Assembly (NCBI GenBank): GCA_963741955.1 | Contig: CAVUKB010000010.1 | Coordinates: forward strand, 192,001-256,000 | Reading direction: 5' to 3' | DNA: 64,000 nucleotides | Origin: an uncultured Acidobacteriota bacterium | Lineage (GTDB): Bacteria > Acidobacteriota > Thermoanaerobaculia > Gp7-AA8 | Shown: in pieces, positions 62,022 through 64,000 of the stretch | Position numbering within the stretch: the stretch's first letter is position 1 | Layout: every line of letters begins with the position of its first letter | The notes under the pieces: generated by a model | Database searches by the model: none | What the model saw: only the letters and a program-made list of their open reading frames with translations | What the model was told of the DNA's origin: nothing | Program-made: the position numbers and the translations under genes

Positions 62022-62963
62022 GTGTCCGAGCGCGACGAATCAACTCCACTCCGCTGCACCCGCTGTCGTGGTTCACTGGTACGTGACGGCGGTGATCTTC
62101 GATGCGGATCGTGCGGCGCGAACTGGCCGATCGAGCACGGCATCGCCGATTTCGCGGAAGGCGCGTATTACGACCAGTACGAGCCGGGAACGGAGCTCGC
62201 TCCCGAGCACGTCGCCGGGCTTCGGCTCGAGCTCGAAGGAACGCGGCGGCGGATCGAGAGCTACTACCTTCCGCACCTCGTCGCAGGAGAGACGACTCCG
62301 CTCCGGGTTCTCGACTGCGGATGCGGCAACGGACTCTCGGTCGACCTCTTCGCCGCGGCCGGAATCGAAGGGTGGGGCAACGACGTCTCGGCACTCCGGA
62401 AATGGCAGTGGCGGGAGCGCGCGCATCGGGAGCGGCTGGTTGTCGCGAGCGCGCTCGATCTCCCGTTCGACGATGGATGGTTCGATGCGGTGATCAGCTC
62501 CGGAGTGATCGAGCACATCGGGGTCGATGAGCGGATGGCCGAGCGCTACGAGGTCCGCCCGCGCGCCACCAGAGATGAAGAGCGGACCTCCTTCCTCCGC
62601 GAACTGCTACGCGTGACCCGGCCCGGGGGTCAGGTCTGGATCGACTGTCCGAACGGCTCGTTTCCGATCGATTTCTGGCACAGCGGGACGGCGGGAGGCG
62701 CGCGATTCCATTCCCTCTCAGAGGGATTCCTCCCGTCCTGGCGCGAGATCCGGAGGCTCGCCCGTGCAGCCGGAGCGAGAGGAACGATCACCGCCGAGTC
62801 GCCGAGGAATCGCCTCGCGTTCGAGCAGGTGGGGCGGCACTGGTATGGACGACTTTTCCGGATACCGGTGGAGGGGCTGTTCGCAATGATGTCGGCGCGA
62901 CCGTTCGCGTTCCTGCGGGCGACGCCGCTCAACCCGTACCTGGTGGTGCGGATCGAGTCGTGA
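62022..62963 (+). CDS. Class I SAM-dependent methyltransferase with an N-terminal zinc ribbon
   Basis: CTRC...CGSC; VLDCGCGNG, LPFDDGWFDAV, VIEHI, RVTRPGG. Confidence 0.88.
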   Translation: MSERDESTPLRCTRCRGSLVRDGGDLRCGSCGANWPIEHGIADFAEGAYYDQYEPGTELAPEHVAGLRLELEGTRRRIESYYLPHLVAGETTPLRVLDCGCGNGLSVDLFAAAGIEGWGNDVSALRKWQWRERAHRERLVVASALDLPFDDGWFDAVISSGVIEHIGVDERMAERYEVRPRATRDEERTSFLRELLRVTRPGGQVWIDCPNGSFPIDFWHSGTAGGARFHSLSEGFLPSWREIRRLARAAGARGTITAESPRNRLAFEQVGRHWYGRLFRIPVEGLFAMMSARPFAFLRATPLNPYLVVRIES

Positions 62964-63223
62964 CGAGCGTCTCGATGTTGTACGCGCGTACGCGCAATCC
63001 CGCCGAGGAGTGAGGATCCCGCTCGGCGGGATCCGCCGCGGGAATCGTGTTGTACGCGATGAAGAGGAAGCCTGTCGGTAACGCGGAGCGTCTGTGATTC
63101 TGCGCTCAGGCTCCGCTTCTGCCGAGGACGCGGGTGATGCTGCTGTCGCGCACGCGCCGTGATCGACGCGGCGGATTACGAATCCGCACTCCAGGCGTAC
63201 GCCCCGTCCGCCGAGGCGCTCTC

Positions 63224-63261
63224 AAAAAGCGAACGCCGGCGAAGTCACTCCGCCGGCGTTC
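63224..63261 (-). terminator. Intrinsic terminator of the TPR gene
   Basis: 11-bp stem GAACGCCGGCG/CGCCGGCGTTC followed on the minus strand by GCTTTTT. Confidence 0.7.
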
Positions 63262-63285
63262 ACGAGATGCTGCATTCGACGTCAC

Positions 63286-63999
63286 TTACTTGATGTACTT
63301 CATCATCTCTTTGGCCGTGGCGGCGTCCTTGCCGTTCGGCTCGAGCTCGAGGTAGCGGCTGAGCTCCGTCTTCGCCTCGGCGTTCTTTCCGAGCCGTACG
63401 TAGACCATTCCGAGCTCGTAATGCGCCTGGGAGAACGTATCGTCGGCCTTCACCGCCTGCTCGAGCAGCGGCTGTGCGGCGGAGTCGTTCCCGGCGTTGA
63501 TCGCCTTGGCCGCTTCGTTGAACAGCCAGGTCGGGTTTGCAGGAGCTTTCTTCCGGTACTCGGCGGCCTTCGCCTTGTCGCCGGTCTTGTCGTACGCGTC
63601 GGCAAGGACGCTGAGGACCGACGACTCTTCCGGATCGAACTCGAGAGCCTTGTTGCCGACCTCGATGGCGTGCTTCCAATCCTGTTTCTGACCGTAAAGC
63701 CGGGTCAGCGCGATGTAGCCGGCGGCCAGATCCGGCTTCTTCTCGATCGCTTCGTTCAGTTTCGCGATCGCGCCGTCGACGTCACCGGAGTTGGCCATCG
63801 TGGCGGCTTCGTTGTAGAGGAGCACTGCGGGATCGACGGCAGGTGCTCCGGCGGCCGCGGCCGTCGCAGCTCCTTCCGGGTTCAGGTGAATCGTGCGCTC
63901 GTTCTTCTCCGGGACGAGCTTGAGCTTGATGATCTCGACGTACGGCGCATATCCATCCGCTGCGAACGTGAATTTGTAGGGGATGGTGCCGTCGAGAAG
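63286..63999 (-). CDS. TPR-repeat protein, 5' end beyond window
   Basis: Frame open from 63999; beta-rich YKFTFAADGY segment (carboxypeptidase-regulatory-like), Ala linker, then TPRs (AHYELG, YLELEPNG). Confidence 0.85.
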   Translation of the reverse strand, partial: LLDGTIPYKFTFAADGYAPYVEIIKLKLVPEKNERTIHLNPEGAATAAAAGAPAVDPAVLLYNEAATMANSGDVDGAIAKLNEAIEKKPDLAAGYIALTRLYGQKQDWKHAIEVGNKALEFDPEESSVLSVLADAYDKTGDKAKAAEYRKKAPANPTWLFNEAAKAINAGNDSAAQPLLEQAVKADDTFSQAHYELGMVYVRLGKNAEAKTELSRYLELEPNGKDAATAKEMMKYIK

Positions 64000-64000
64000 G

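Overview
GC-rich bacterial window; the gene style is consistent with Acidobacteriota, but that is an inference. Three GT-C-type membrane glycosyltransferase-like genes (the first, DUF2142-like, is cut by the window edge) sit directly upstream of a complete str-S10-spc-alpha ribosomal protein cluster (rpsL to rplQ, with fusA, tuf, secY, adk, map, infA, rpoA; 4323-25445). A mixed envelope, proteostasis and signalling region follows: a pseudopilin, a HEAT-cyclophilin-thioredoxin lipoprotein, rfbB, cardiolipin synthase, YihY, PAP2, a TPR plus double cNMP-binding protein, a split AttE/FG/H ABC system, an orphan sensor kinase, M16 and SprT-like peptidases, HtrA, a lipid kinase and an outer membrane barrel. 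The window ends with a his operon (hisZGDCBH-AF-IE), a methyltransferase and a truncated TPR gene. No rRNA, tRNA, CRISPR array or transposase was recognised. The most notable observations are: (1) complementary spacer segments that bracket whole genes in the ribosomal operon; (2) an unannotated His-rich leader peptide with a full attenuator; (3) an in-frame HisA-HisF fusion; (4) the three-module folding lipoprotein; (5) the TPR-2xcNMP protein with no output domain; (6) an AT-rich promoter/operator island between convergent genes; (7) repeated leaderless-type starts.
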